The position numbers and the translations under genes are program-made. Source: Monocercomonoides exilis PA203 (taxonomy: Eukaryota > Protista > Preaxostyla). From it: a DNA stretch of 64,000 bases. Position 1 is the stretch's first letter. Every line of letters starts with the position of its first letter. The DNA lies in contig LSRY02000008.1 of assembly GCA_001643675.2 (NCBI GenBank), positions 1,674,001 to 1,738,000 on the forward strand, read 5' to 3'. Under the pieces are notes generated by a model. That model ran no database searches. It saw only the letters and a list, made by a program, of their open reading frames with translations, and had not been told where the DNA came from. Shown here piece after piece: positions 25,693 to 37,992 of the stretch.

Positions 25693-26215
25693 TAGTGTTT
25701 CAAAAACAATGAATATTCACCTTTTCACATTTCAAATCTTCAATAAAACCATTTCATTTTTCACAAAAACTTTTCATTTTAAGTTGTTTATAAAATGCAC
25801 GCATAAAATTCTTTTTAATCTTTCTAATTAATTGGCAACATTTTTTTTGAATAATCACTTTTATTTTATTTTCTTGTTTTAAGAAAAATTGAATTATTTC
25901 ATTGAATATCATTCTAACTTGTGAATTCTAGCAAGATTGGAAATATTTCCTTTGAAACACTATTTCTACAAATTGTGCGGTAGTTTGTTGTTAGAATGAA
26001 ATTCAATGAAATAATTCAATTTTTCTTAAAACAAGAAAATAAAATAAAAGTGATTATTCAAAAAAAATGTTGCCAATTAATTAGAAAGATTAAAAAGAAT
26101 TTTATGCGTGCATTTTATAAACAACTTAAAATGAAAAGTTTTTGTGAAAAATGAAATGGTTTTATTGAAGATTTGAAATGTGAAAAGGTGAATATTCATT
26201 GTTTTTGAAACACTA

Positions 26216-26665
26216 CAGTCAAAACGGGATATAATCACATCGGATTTTGCTCAACTTTTTGTGACTATATCTGGTTGTGATTATGCACGATGATGCTTTA
26301 CTCAGAAAAAAATAAAGATAAATGAATTAATATTTTTATTTTGAGTCAATTTTTTCATTTTCGGAAATTTTTCACAAATACACATTTTTTACTTGATTGA
26401 ACAATTTTTATCATAAATACACATTATTTTGACTAATTCAAACATATTTCTGAAAAATCAAAAAATCGAAATTTATGATCAAAAAAATCGATTTTTCAAT
26501 GAAAATGAACACATTATAAAACAAAATGTTATTATATATATTCAGCCTTGTGATAATATGCGATAGAAAATGAATGAAAAATAGGCCAAAAATGTCGGTG
26601 CATGGAAAAATGTGACTATAAACGAATGTGATTGTATTCGATGTGATTATATCCAATTAAGACTG
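26216..26665. mobile_element. Mirror copy of the 450-bp pogo-like MITE
   Basis: ta|cagtcaaaacgggatataatcacatcg at 26216 and gactg|ta ending 26665. Confidence 0.8.
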
Positions 26666-27692
26666 TATTTGAAAAATTTGAGAAAAGTTTGGTTAGCTTG
26701 AAAAAGCAAAAATTAAAAAATAAAAGCAAATATTCTCAATTTTTCAATTAATAGAAAATAGTAATAATTATACAAATCAATAATAAATAGTACAAAACTT
26801 GTCAAAAATGTTTTTTTAAAGTCCTGAAAGCAATTACGTGCTTTTTATCAGTTGGCAAACAAAACAAAAAAATGTGCCAATAAGTTAAAAAGTCCCATTA
26901 AAAAGTTGACCCTTCTTATTTTCATGGCACGAACGTTCAAAAACTGGCTCATTTCCCGAAGTGTGCCACTATTATTTATTATTATCTATGGAATTTTTGA
27001 TAACCGAAAACTTCTGTCAAAATTTTGTAAAATCATTTCTATTAGTAATAATGCAGATCTTGGAATAAACTCTAAACAACAAAGAAATTCTTGCTTTTTC
27101 GAATAAAAATATATGATTCATAAGATTAAGTTAAGAAAAAATTTGGATAATATTTTTGATTTAGAGTTTGTTCCAAATAAATGTTGGCTACATGAAAATG
27201 AAAATACTCTCAAAAATTTTCATTTCCCAACACAATTATAACTTATGAAATAATCTGTTCCACTTGCCAAAGTGCAAATAAATAAGTAAACAATGTGCTT
27301 AACTAATAAATATTGTTCGTATATTTATTTTTTCTTTACAATATGGGACACAATTTTTGCATTCATGAAAAAATCGACGTTTTATTCTAAACTTTTTCTG
27401 CTGTTATATCATAATAAGTATTTAATTTAAATGCAAAAAGAAATATGGAAAACTATTAAAATTTAGAAAAATATTTGTAAATATTGTGTGGAACAAAATT
27501 CATAAAGCACAAAATTCCGACCCATATTATATCCCATTGAAATAAAATACATGCCAATATTGCTTAAAGATAAGCAAAGAATAAAAGAGATGAGATGGAT
27601 GTGAAATGAGAAGGGAAATAGAAAAGAAATGTAGATTGAATGCACTAAAATAGAGTATTTTTGAAATAGAAGAAGAGTAATGGCAGGCAGTT

Positions 27693-30152
27693 TTGAGAGG
27701 AGACGAGCATAGGAAAATGAGCGAAGGAAAAAGGAGTGTTTCAGTGAGTGAATCGCATTTCTTATCTTTTTTCCAATTTTTCTCTTCACCTTCCATCCCT
27801 TTTGTATCCCTCTCCCATCTGACTTTTTTCGACATCTCAACAGCAAATGGGGCATGCTCGTCATTGGCCAATTTCTTTTCCCAAACCACATGTTTTATGA
27901 ATAGCTGCTCATTCTCATCACTCTGCGATGCGTATGATGGAGGGATTGTCTCTTCCCTCAACAATCCCTTGGTCTCCTTGTCTGCTTCAAACACTTCATT
28001 CGCTGAGTGTTGTCGTACAAGAAACGTTGTATGTGAAGGAAATGCAGATGTCAAGTTGACTCCAGGGAGACAAAACACAACAGATAATGGAGCGAATACA
28101 TTTATTTGGTGCGAGTGGAATGGATCGAAGACAACAGGAACAAGCGATTCTGTTTCAGATGGAATATCGGGTGGCGGGGCTATCTGCATGTACAATCTCA
28201 ATTCTGGAGAACTTTCAGTTTCGCATTGTCTGTTTAATAATTGCTTTGCATTCAGTCGTGGAGGTGGTATTATGTGCCATACAATCAAATCTGTTCAAAT
28301 CGAAAATAATGTTTTTAATTCATGTTCTGTTCAAAACAATGCCGGAGGAGGATTGTATGTGAAAATCATTTCATCATGTACCCGAATCAGCGGATGTGAA
28401 TTCCAGAATTGTAAAGCAGTTAATTACGGAGGAGGACTTCTTCTTGAAAATTTTCAGGTTTCAGAAACAGGATGCATTCCAACAGAAAGTGGAGAAGGGG
28501 AGAGTGCGTGTGTGTTTGACTGCAGCTTCACTTCATGCTCATTGACAAACAATTATGGAGGAGGCATGTATTGCGTCACTGTTCCTAATCAATTCAAAAT
28601 GAGGAGCATTCAGTTTATTTCATGTTCGGCACTGGGATATGGAGGAGGTTTGGAATTATATCCAAATCGAGCAGCAGCGCCAAATGAAACGATTTATTGT
28701 TATTTCCTTTTCTTCCATGAATGCAAATGTTCTGTAAATACGCCATATGGTCACGATATTTATTATGTTGATTATTATAATGTTTTTTTGAATTCAGGCA
28801 ATCCGTTCTATGAATGCTACACCACAAACACAGATGACCAGAGAGTGTGCTATGCATACAATTATGCAATTGCAAGTGCTTGGTCATATCAGCACACAGA
28901 TAAGAAGGATTGGCTGAAAAGAGGGATTCTCAATCGATTTGTGGCTGTGAGTGGAGGAAGCACAGAAGAGTTATGTGGATTGGATGAGCGAAGTGCATGC
29001 CGAACCATTGGTGTTGCAGTTGAAAGGAGCGTGATTCAAGTGAGCCTGTCAGTCACGCTGATGGAAGGGAATCACACGAGCGAGACAGCAACAATTGAGA
29101 TTGGATCGAAGAAGATTTCAGTCATTGGGACAGGCAAAGATAAGAGTTCGATTGGAACAGGAGCCCTTTCATCATCATCAGCAGTAGGAACGTTGTTCAG
29201 TGTGACAACAGGACACCTTGGTTTATTGCACATGAAGGTTGACTGCAATTCAAATTCAAGTCCTTCTTCTCCGAGTGTGGTTGTGGTGTCTGACGGAGGT
29301 GGGTCACTCTCATTGGAGGATGTTGTGATCACCACGAGTAAAACTGGAGGCTATGTGATGTCTTCGTCAGTGTTTGTGGTGCCGCTGTCACAGCTGTCGA
29401 TGGTTGGTGTGGAGATCATAAATATGAATGTCTCAAAACCATTGTTCTCTGAGCCGAATCTCTCTTCTCCTTCTTCTTCTTCTTCTTCATTGTTGCCATT
29501 GTTATCATCTGCACTGTATCTGACAGCCACAGCATCAGGAGACAGCGTGCTGGCGAATGTGAAGGTGACGAATGTGAAGTTGACTGAAGGAGATGGGGTG
29601 GTTGTGGCAAAGAGTGTGAAGGCAGGAGAGACGTTTGTGGTCAAGAATGTGACAATCGAAGAATGCGAGTGCAAGGCTGGAAGTGGTGGTGGGATCAAGG
29701 TCGAGTTGAAATCATCAAGCAAGTTGCAGGTTGGGACTTCATCAACCCCGGCAAATGAAGCAACAAAATTCAACGGATGCAATTGCAGTGGAAATGGTGG
29801 CGGGATAATGCTGCATCTGGAAGATGGCTCGCACGACTTCTCGATCGTGCATGTGGACATTTCAGGCTGCACTGCAATGTCTGGTGGAAATTATGTGTTT
29901 GCCAATGGGAGCAATTCGGCAAGCTGGGCAAGAAGCACCCCAACACTGAATATCCAGCGGGATAATATGAAATTCAACGAGCTGGTAGGATACGATCGGA
30001 ACGATACAATCATTGGACAATTCCCGCTTAATGCATTTCTAGACGCATTTCCGAGTGCAGTATATGCGTGGAAGAAGAAAATTGCCTGTGAAGATGCAAC
30101 TCGTGTCATTGTGCATTTGATTATTATCGGAGTAATACCATCATTTATATAA
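27693..30152 (+). CDS. Beta-helix family copy 5 (mirror of copy 4)
   Basis: 819 aa, identical to copy 4 except SETATIE versus SETTTIE. Confidence 0.8.
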   Translation: MRGDEHRKMSEGKRSVSVSESHFLSFFQFFSSPSIPFVSLSHLTFFDISTANGACSSLANFFSQTTCFMNSCSFSSLCDAYDGGIVSSLNNPLVSLSASNTSFAECCRTRNVVCEGNADVKLTPGRQNTTDNGANTFIWCEWNGSKTTGTSDSVSDGISGGGAICMYNLNSGELSVSHCLFNNCFAFSRGGGIMCHTIKSVQIENNVFNSCSVQNNAGGGLYVKIISSCTRISGCEFQNCKAVNYGGGLLLENFQVSETGCIPTESGEGESACVFDCSFTSCSLTNNYGGGMYCVTVPNQFKMRSIQFISCSALGYGGGLELYPNRAAAPNETIYCYFLFFHECKCSVNTPYGHDIYYVDYYNVFLNSGNPFYECYTTNTDDQRVCYAYNYAIASAWSYQHTDKKDWLKRGILNRFVAVSGGSTEELCGLDERSACRTIGVAVERSVIQVSLSVTLMEGNHTSETATIEIGSKKISVIGTGKDKSSIGTGALSSSSAVGTLFSVTTGHLGLLHMKVDCNSNSSPSSPSVVVVSDGGGSLSLEDVVITTSKTGGYVMSSSVFVVPLSQLSMVGVEIINMNVSKPLFSEPNLSSPSSSSSSLLPLLSSALYLTATASGDSVLANVKVTNVKLTEGDGVVVAKSVKAGETFVVKNVTIEECECKAGSGGGIKVELKSSSKLQVGTSSTPANEATKFNGCNCSGNGGGIMLHLEDGSHDFSIVHVDISGCTAMSGGNYVFANGSNSASWARSTPTLNIQRDNMKFNELVGYDRNDTIIGQFPLNAFLDAFPSAVYAWKKKIACEDATRVIVHLIIIGVIPSFI

Positions 30153-30407
30153 TCTGTGAACATTATTATTCAGCAAAAAAGAACATAGAGCTGGATCAGG
30201 AATTCGATTTCTCTGATAAAGAAACAGTGAAAAGCTCCTTTCAATAGAAGATCTCTTGCATCACGAAATGGATGAAAGCAGGCGCAAAAGTCCCTTCTTT
30301 TTAATCTTCTTTTTCATCACACTCTTCCTCAGACTCTTCCTCTTCTTCCGCTTCATCGTAAACAAATCGCCCAGTCAAAATGAAAAAGGAAAAATGGAAA
30401 AAAAAAG

Positions 30408-31706
30408 TTATAGCAAAGATGGAAAAGAAGAAAAAGAAAGCGTCCCTATTCCAATCGAACTCTTATCTTTGCCTCTCCCAATGACCGAAATCTTCTTTGT
30501 TCCAATCGCAATCGTTGTTGCCTCGCTTGTGTGATCCCCTTCCATCAGCGTGACTGTCAAGCTTATCTGCACCTCGCACATCTCAAGCGCTTTCTTCACT
30601 GTCAGACATGGATTTGATTCATTTGACCCACAAAGTGGAGATGTATCATTTCCATTCGCTGACACATAAATTGCCTTATCCTTCAGCCAATTTTTTTTTG
30701 ATGTTTGACCATATGTCCAACCCTTAGAATCCGTATAATTATATCCATAACATACCCTCTGATCATCTGCGTTTGTTGTGTAACATTCATAGAACGGATT
30801 TCCCGAATCAAAATACAGATTATAGCGATCGCTAAAATGAACATCATGGCCGTAAGATGGGTTGTTAGAACATTTGCACTCGTGGTAAAAAAGGAAATAA
30901 CAATAGATTCCATCATCAGGTGTTGTTGGAGCATTAGGATATAATCTCATTCCTCCTCCATGTGTAGATGCTGAGCACGAAATAAACTGAACGCTCCTCA
31001 TTTTGAATTGATTAGGAACAGTGACACAATACATGCCTCCTCCATTTGATCCAGTAACCGAGCATGAAGTGAAAATGCAGTCAAACACACACGCACTCTC
31101 CCCTTCTCCATTTTCTGTTCCAATGCATCCTGTTTCTGAAACCTGAAAATTTTCTAATTTCAACCCTCCTCCATAATCAATCGCTTGACAGTTTTTGAAC
31201 TCGCATCCACTCACCCGAGCACAAAATGAAGCAGATAGGATATAAACACCTCCTCCATATCGATTTGTGGAGACACAACAATTGAAAGTGCTGCTTTCAA
31301 TAGTCACTGCTCTGATGGTATTGCACATTATCCCTCCACCACACCAATATGAAGAACACTCGTTGAATGCGCAGTGAGAAACTGTAAGTGAACCAGACGT
31401 TAAGCCATACATAAATATTGCTCCTCCATTCGAGGCTTGTTTTGTATAATCTTCGCTCATTTCAGTAGCCTTCGATCCATTCCACTCGCACCAAATAAAT
31501 GAATTTTCTCCATTTTCTGTTTCGTTTTGCCTCCCTGGCTGTTTCTTATTATCTGCATTTCCTTCACATTTCACGTTTCTTGTCCGACAACAACCGATAA
31601 ATGAGGTGTTTGAGGCAGTCAAAGAGGCATAGGGGTTGTTGAGGGAATGAACAATTCCTCCATCATATGCATCACAAACAGAAGTGAATGAGCAACTGCT
31701 CATCAA
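30408..31706 (-). CDS. Beta-helix family copy 6 (mirror of copy 3), truncated at both ends
   Basis: 432-aa ORF that begins inside the family core and ends after SSIGIGTLS. Confidence 0.75.
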   Translation of the reverse strand: MMSSCSFTSVCDAYDGGIVHSLNNPYASLTASNTSFIGCCRTRNVKCEGNADNKKQPGRQNETENGENSFIWCEWNGSKATEMSEDYTKQASNGGAIFMYGLTSGSLTVSHCAFNECSSYWCGGGIMCNTIRAVTIESSTFNCCVSTNRYGGGVYILSASFCARVSGCEFKNCQAIDYGGGLKLENFQVSETGCIGTENGEGESACVFDCIFTSCSVTGSNGGGMYCVTVPNQFKMRSVQFISCSASTHGGGMRLYPNAPTTPDDGIYCYFLFYHECKCSNNPSYGHDVHFSDRYNLYFDSGNPFYECYTTNADDQRVCYGYNYTDSKGWTYGQTSKKNWLKDKAIYVSANGNDTSPLCGSNESNPCLTVKKALEMCEVQISLTVTLMEGDHTSEATTIAIGTKKISVIGRGKDKSSIGIGTLSFSSFPSLL

Positions 31707-34700
31707 ACACGAGGTTTGGGTTGACGTAATTGTTGAAGGCGAACATGCCTCATTTGATGTTGAAATATTGAAAAATGTCAGATGAAAAAGAGAAACAAAA
31801 GATAAGCCTTTAAATTACGCAATGCTAGTTATCTCCGTTGATTCCAACTTCACGTTCCACATTATCGTTATTTTCTTCTTTTTCTTTCTCTTCTTTTCTG
31901 GTCGAGTCATTGTCAATTATCTCATTTACCAAAAAATTCAACTTTTTGGAAGATTAGTTTGTGTGCAAAGTCTTTGCCTTTACAAGCTCTATCAGCTAAG
32001 CGCGAACTTTGCAAACAATTCCTCATGCGCTCAAATCCCAGTTAGAAAGCATTTCTCTTTTTCATATTTTTGAATGCATCAAAAAAGTCCATCTAATGAG
32101 CCTTTCATAAAAATTGCTGTGTTAATTCATTTGCGTTGGTTTTTTCTTCTTCTTCCACTATTTCCCTGTTTCTTTTGTTGGTGTCGTATGAAATTCTTAT
32201 CTTTCCAGTTTGGACCGTGTCAACATTTTTTTCTAATTTATTTCCTTCTTCATATCTTTTGTTTTCCTGGCAAATCCAACATGAAAGCAACGCTAAATCT
32301 GAATAACACTAGATTTCTGTGACGAAATTCAAATTCTCATCTGATCCTGATGAAAGATACACGGATGTATTTATCCTTCTCAATCTCGTAATTCAAAACA
32401 AATAAAGCAGGAACTTTGATGAGCGCCATCTGTTTACATCGATTATTTGCCTTCGGTTTTCATCGTTTCGTCTTTATCCGAAAGATTTTGAGTTTCCATT
32501 TCTTTTGCACACTTTGCTTCTGTGGCACGCATGCAAATTTTGCTGTTTTGTAACAAATCGCCCAATGAAAGATGTTGCTGAAATTTTAATGATTTTCTTG
32601 CTCTCTTTCTTTTTTCGTAGCAAATTCCTAATTCAGAAAATGCATGTAACAGTTCATATCGATTTTATAATTACTGGATTTCATGGCAAATGAAGAACTT
32701 GACGAAGGAATTGTCAAGCACGAATCTAGAATTATATGCAATTTTGAAGGTTTTGCCTCTATGAATAATATATGCGTCTTCTCAGAGTCAAAATATGCCT
32801 TTGACTCCATTTCCCAGCCGAAATTTTATTCTACAAGCAATTTCATTTGCTCCTCTTCCTCTATTTTTTCATTTTTATTCATCATGGTAATCTTTCCATC
32901 GCTAATCTTTGTCTTACGCACTCATCAAACTTCGCAGACAGAAGCACTTTTCGTAAGCAAACATGCCACCGTCATTTCGATTTCCCCGAAAACTAACTTT
33001 GAGTCTTCGCCTGTATTTTCTTTTGCCTTTGCTCAATCCTCAGTAATTCTGCCAGCTCTGAAAATGCTTCAGTTCCATTGTTAGACGTCAAAGGCAGTTT
33101 CCATGTTGCACCAGAAATAGGACATTATTTCATTGAATCGCATAAAAGACACAAAAGGCAAAATCATTACATTCGCTTCAATGGCTCCTCATTATTGCTG
33201 GCTGTTTTGGTGGAAAAAATCGCATAGCTGCAAGCAGGCGTTCCTGCGTCAGAAGGAAAATATCAATAAAAAACATATTTTCGAAAGCGCGAAGAAAACT
33301 ATCTTCATCGAACCCGACATTTATATGAAACTGCTCCTTGGACTTTTTGCTCTGAAATGCAGTCAACAATCCCAGTCAAAGTACTTCAACAGCAGGAACG
33401 TATCAACCTTGTTGCGTGCATCATCCGCAAAATTACTCGAAATTACTGAAATGGTAGAAGAAGGAGAAAAAAGAAGGAAAGGAAAGGGCAATGGCAAAAA
33501 CTTCCTTCTCTTCGTGGAGTTCTGATCCATATCGCTTCCTTTGGTCTTGCTGCATAAACACATGCACCGCAATCCCTCTTCGCTCCCGTTGGCTATTTGC
33601 ATTGTTTGGCCTTTTGGACATCGTTGCATGCGCATGTGCGGCTTGTGCCTCCCCTTAAGAAAATTAAAATAAGTCTTTGTTTCATCATTATTCTCTGAAA
33701 ATATAAGTGAATTCAACAATGAGAACAAAATTGAAGGAGAAATCGCCTTGAAGAACAGCAAAAATGAACAAATGTCGATGAGGAAAAAAAGAAAATAACT
33801 TAAATTTTGAATCAACAGACCTTTGATGTTCAGCTTCGAACAATATCTTCGCTCACATCAGCTCGATCTTTCCTGAAAATCGCAAATATCTCTGCATACA
33901 AATAATCCACCCCTCATTTCCAAAAAAATCTCTCTCTTTTTTTTTATGCAAAGGATCCTCGCCCCTGTTCCTTAATTTGCTTTTCGATTCTGGCTAAAAA
34001 AATTACTCTTATTCTTCCTTTTGACTTTGTCGTGTTTCTTCTCTTACTATTTTTGCCCTTCTCTCTTGTTTTTGCTCAAATTGAGCTGGTCATAAAACTT
34101 CTTCATCATTAGCCCTCTATGAGCATGCAATTATCCCTCTCGAGTCTTCTTCGTTGCTCAGGTTTTCAAAGACGTAATCGCCATCTTATTCATTTCATTC
34201 GATGCTTTGGCTCCGAAAAGGCTAGAAAAACATAAAATATCCTCTGACTGAATAAAACCAAAATAGAAATAAGAATATACGTTGTATCGCAGTTTCGAGC
34301 CTTTTGTGGCTGCACAGCCCAATGCTTTCCGAATATTAAAAAACAATCGAATTAATCGCAGTTCCAAGGCCAGCAGCATTACTTTTCATGTTTCATATAT
34401 CCTCTCACATAATAATGCATCCAAATTGGCGGTAAATTTTATTTGGCGGTCCCTCTTTTCGTGCATGTTAATTATATTTTGCGAAAATGATGGATAAATG
34501 CAACCATTAATAAATTATTTGAATTTGGAAAACATTCCTTTTTCAAGTACAAGGCTGCTAGAATGCCAATGCGCAATGAAGAATGCTTGAATGTTTTCAC
34601 TTTTAATTCTGCGAGACAGTCAAGACTTTTTAACAGATATTTCTATGTTAGGAGCGCGTATGCACGAAATGAAACAAAATCAATAAAAAATTTTTTACAA

Positions 34701-35673
34701 ATAATTTAATATCTCTGGGCATACGCTCGGCGACTGAAAAGCAGGTGGTATGAAGTTGCTTTTTGTTTATTATCTTATGCTTCTCAAGCATTTTATTTTT
34801 CCCTCTTTCAGCAGAAACAAATTTTTTAATCTGGGAACGAGTGCAAAAGGTTGGAGCGCTGCAGCCTAGCAAAGAGCATAAGCTGTAATCGTTCATTGCA
34901 ATGTTGCGTGCCTTGTATGTTATTTTTTTTTTTTTTTTTTGTTGCCTTCAGCATTGAAGCATCTGATTGCTTTGCCTTCTTTTGATACGCAGCATCGTCA
35001 TTTTCTGCAAATTGTGTTGAATTCCACAAATTGCACACAACTTTAACCCCGCATCAATTTGCTCATTTTTACGAATTGCGCATGTCTTTTGCATGTTTTC
35101 GTTCGATTTTTGTTTTTGCTTCGTTGCGCTCAAATTTTGCACGAGGCATGGAATAATATGAGCGCATGGCTTTGTGCTAATTTCTTCCAGAGTCTTATGG
35201 CCTTCCAAGTCGCATGCGCGTTATGTGCCGATTTGTTTGGCATGGATGAGCATTTGTGATAAGGACACAAGACGATTGCCTTCAGAATTATCTGGTTTCG
35301 GGTCGGATACCCATTTTGGCATGAGCCCTTTGCATGTTGGAGTTGCAGCACTCATTTTGGGGTCTGTCTAAGAGCGGCTGCTTACAGAGGCTGTGTGCTG
35401 CAATTTTATCAGCCGCTCAGCTGAATTATAGCCCTTCTGCAGAAAGCCACGAAAACTGAATTTATGCAGTCCATTTGATGTGTTTTGTGAGCAGATGGCA
35501 TTGGAATGGGAGTTTGGAACATGCACAAACATTCCCTATGGCAGCTCTGCGGCAGCAGAGAAGAGAGAAAGAGATAGAAGAGAGAAAGAGAGAGAAAGAG
35601 AGAGAGGAGGGATGTCTTTCTTGATGCGTCAGAGTGCCTGGCAGGCATTTGCTACAACAAGCGTATTTGCCGG

Positions 35674-35730
35674 GTTTGTTTTATCTTTTTTAATTTTAAT
35701 TTTTTATTTCTTTTTTTTCTTTTTCTTCAG
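35674..35730 (+). other. Candidate intron in an unidentified spliced gene or pseudogene; second candidate at 36201..36276
   Basis: GTTTG...T-rich...TTCAG between GC-richer segments. Confidence 0.35.
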
Positions 35731-36502
35731 CGGAAGCACACAGATGTCTAATTGCACAGAGAAAGGTGCAGAGAAAGGAGGAGAAGAAGAAGAAGGAGAA
35801 TGAGAAGGAGAAGAAGAAGGCGAAGGGGAGGGCAGCGCGATGTGTCGAGGTGCTTTTCTGGTGGAGTGGCAGTAGAAAAGGGCTAAAAGAGTATGTGTGA
35901 GTGAGTGGGCGGTGCAAATATCGACAGAAGGAGAACAAGAACATAAAAATAAATTAAATTAAAATAAAATAAAATAAAATATACAATATATATTATTTTA
36001 ATTTATTTATTTTTTATATTTATTCTTTTTGTTGAGTTGTTTGGCCTTTGAGTGTTTGAGGGTTAATTATTTTGTGAAGCGAAGGAGATGAGGAAGAGGA
36101 AGAGAGAAAGAGAGAAAGAGAGAAAGAGAGAAAGAGAGAAAGAATGGAAATGATTCGAAAGGCAGTTGAGATGCTGACGGATCTACGATGGAATTTCCAA
36201 GTTTGTGCAAATATTTTTATTATTTTATTTTATTTATTTTTTCCTTATTTATTATTGTCATTTTGTTGTTATTCAGCTGTTTCTGAGAATTCTGTTTGGG
36301 CAGACGCTGAACAGCCATTGATTTGTTGAAGCGACACGAAAGATCAGAAAAGAAGAAAAGGATGATTATTCAGCACTTCCTAACTAGGAACAGGAAAGCA
36401 TAGAAGTGAGCTCGTTGTTTGTTTTATTCTCACCGGAAAATAATATTCATTTGCACACAACTGCAATTGGCATTCAGCCAAATTAATTCATCATCATCAT
36501 CA

Positions 36503-36503
<1 letters not shown>

Positions 36504-36533
<30 letters not shown>

Positions 36534-36582
36534 CTTCTTCTTCTTCTTCTTCTTCTTCTTCTTCTTCTTCTTCTTCTTCTTC
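36504..36582 (+). repeat. (TTC)n microsatellite, much longer than its mirror at about 15397..15416
   Basis: Uninterrupted TTC run. Confidence 0.95.
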
Positions 36583-37015
36583 ATGTACAGTAAATACAAA
36601 ATGTTTTATTTGTCCAAAGATATTCGATGAACAGAATTACAAATCAAATGGAATGAAAGGACTTAACATTGGATGATGGCATTTGAGGAGAAGGGGGGTG
36701 AAAAGGCGGAGCTTGATGATGATTTTCAATGGAATGAAGAAGAGACTGTGATTTTTGAATTTGGAGAGAGGAAATGTGAATTGGAGCAAAAAGGAGGGAT
36801 TGATTGGAGGGAGTGGAATGAGAAGGTGGGTTGAGAGAAAGGAAAAAGAAAGAGAGAGAAGAGAAATATTTTTGGTGAAAAGAGAAAAAAAAATGAAGAG
36901 AACGTGTTTTGAAGATTACTTGTGTATGCTTTATTCTATTAATCGAAAGAGGCATTTTGGAAAGGAAAAGCTGCAAAATGGAATGATTTCAGCTGACTTT
37001 ATTTTTGTTGGAGAG

Positions 37016-37066
37016 GACGAAAGCGATGAAAGCGATGAAAGCGATGAAAGCGATGAAAGCGATGAA
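37016..37066 (+). repeat. 9-bp tandem repeat (GATGAAAGC)n
   Basis: About 5.5 units here versus about 2.5 at the mirror site 14943..14966. Confidence 0.9.
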
Positions 37067-37649
37067 TTGGCAATGAAAGTGGCAATACTTTGACAAAAGA
37101 AAAAAAAGATAGAGATTGAAGGATTATCAAGGTGTTACTATTTATTATTATTTATAATTATTTATTATTTTTTGTCATATTATTTGACCGATATTTTCAA
37201 TGATTTATTACATATTTTTATTTTCACATTCATTATCCATTCTTTTTTTTTTGAAGGCTTCTTCAGAAATCAATGAGAGAACAAGGAATGAGGAAGATTA
37301 ACAGAAGAAGACAACAGAAGGGCAGTTAATGGATTCAGCGGAAGAATGACTTGAAGGAATCTTTGCTATCACAAGGCATTGGCAGAGAAGAGGGCTTTTT
37401 GATATTTGTGAGAAGTTTCTGTTTTGTGAGCAGCAGAAGGGGAAGGAAAGGGTTATTAGGGTTGTTAGGGTTATTAGGGTTATTTGTGTTAGCTGGGTTA
37501 TTGGGATGATGAGGAATATTTCATTGAAGGGATGGGGAAAGAGAAGGGAATGTGGATGAGAGATTGTTTTGTGGGAAGAGGTGGATGGGGCAGTGGAGGA
37601 GCGGAAGAGAAAGGAGAGGAAGAGAAAGAGGATGAGAAGAAAATGAAGA

Positions 37650-37695
37650 AGCGGAAGTTGGAGCGGAAGTTGGAGCGGAAGTTGGAGCGGAAGTT
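37650..37695 (+). repeat. 12-bp tandem repeat (GCGGAAGTTGGA)n
   Basis: About 4 units versus about 2 at the mirror site near 14337..14358. Confidence 0.9.
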
Positions 37696-37710
37696 TGTGA
37701 AAATAAAATG

Positions 37711-37835
37711 GTGCAGGGGTTTTCATATTTATTATTGAAGTCTTTTTGATTTTTATTTCTTATTTTTTTTATTTTTTATATATTATGTTTTTTGATTTTT
37801 TTGGATTATTAAATATGTTTTTTAATTGATAACAG
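37711..37835 (+). other. Probable intron upstream of copy 7
   Basis: AAAATG|GTGCAG...TTGATAACAG|GGAC. Confidence 0.5.
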
Positions 37836-37992
37836 GGACTTTTGCGTGAATATTCACAAACGAAGAATGTGAATGGAATATAGAAAGAAGGAAGAAAATT
37901 GAAACAAAAGGTGAAAAAGAGATGTGGGGAAGCCATGATGATCAGAAGGGGAAGAAGAAGCAGAAAAAATGATACAATCATATTGAGATATT

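Larger units (their letters stand above)
14152..37880. repeat. Palindrome P2: near-identical arms about 15956..25918 and 25990..35954; diverged outer arms about 14152..15955 and 35955..37880; centre 25919..25989
   Basis: Mirror ORF coordinates sum to 51905-51910. Inner arms differ in homopolymer lengths and rare SNPs (22818/29088, 25908/26000). Outer arms show many substitutions and microsatellite length changes. Confidence 0.97.
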
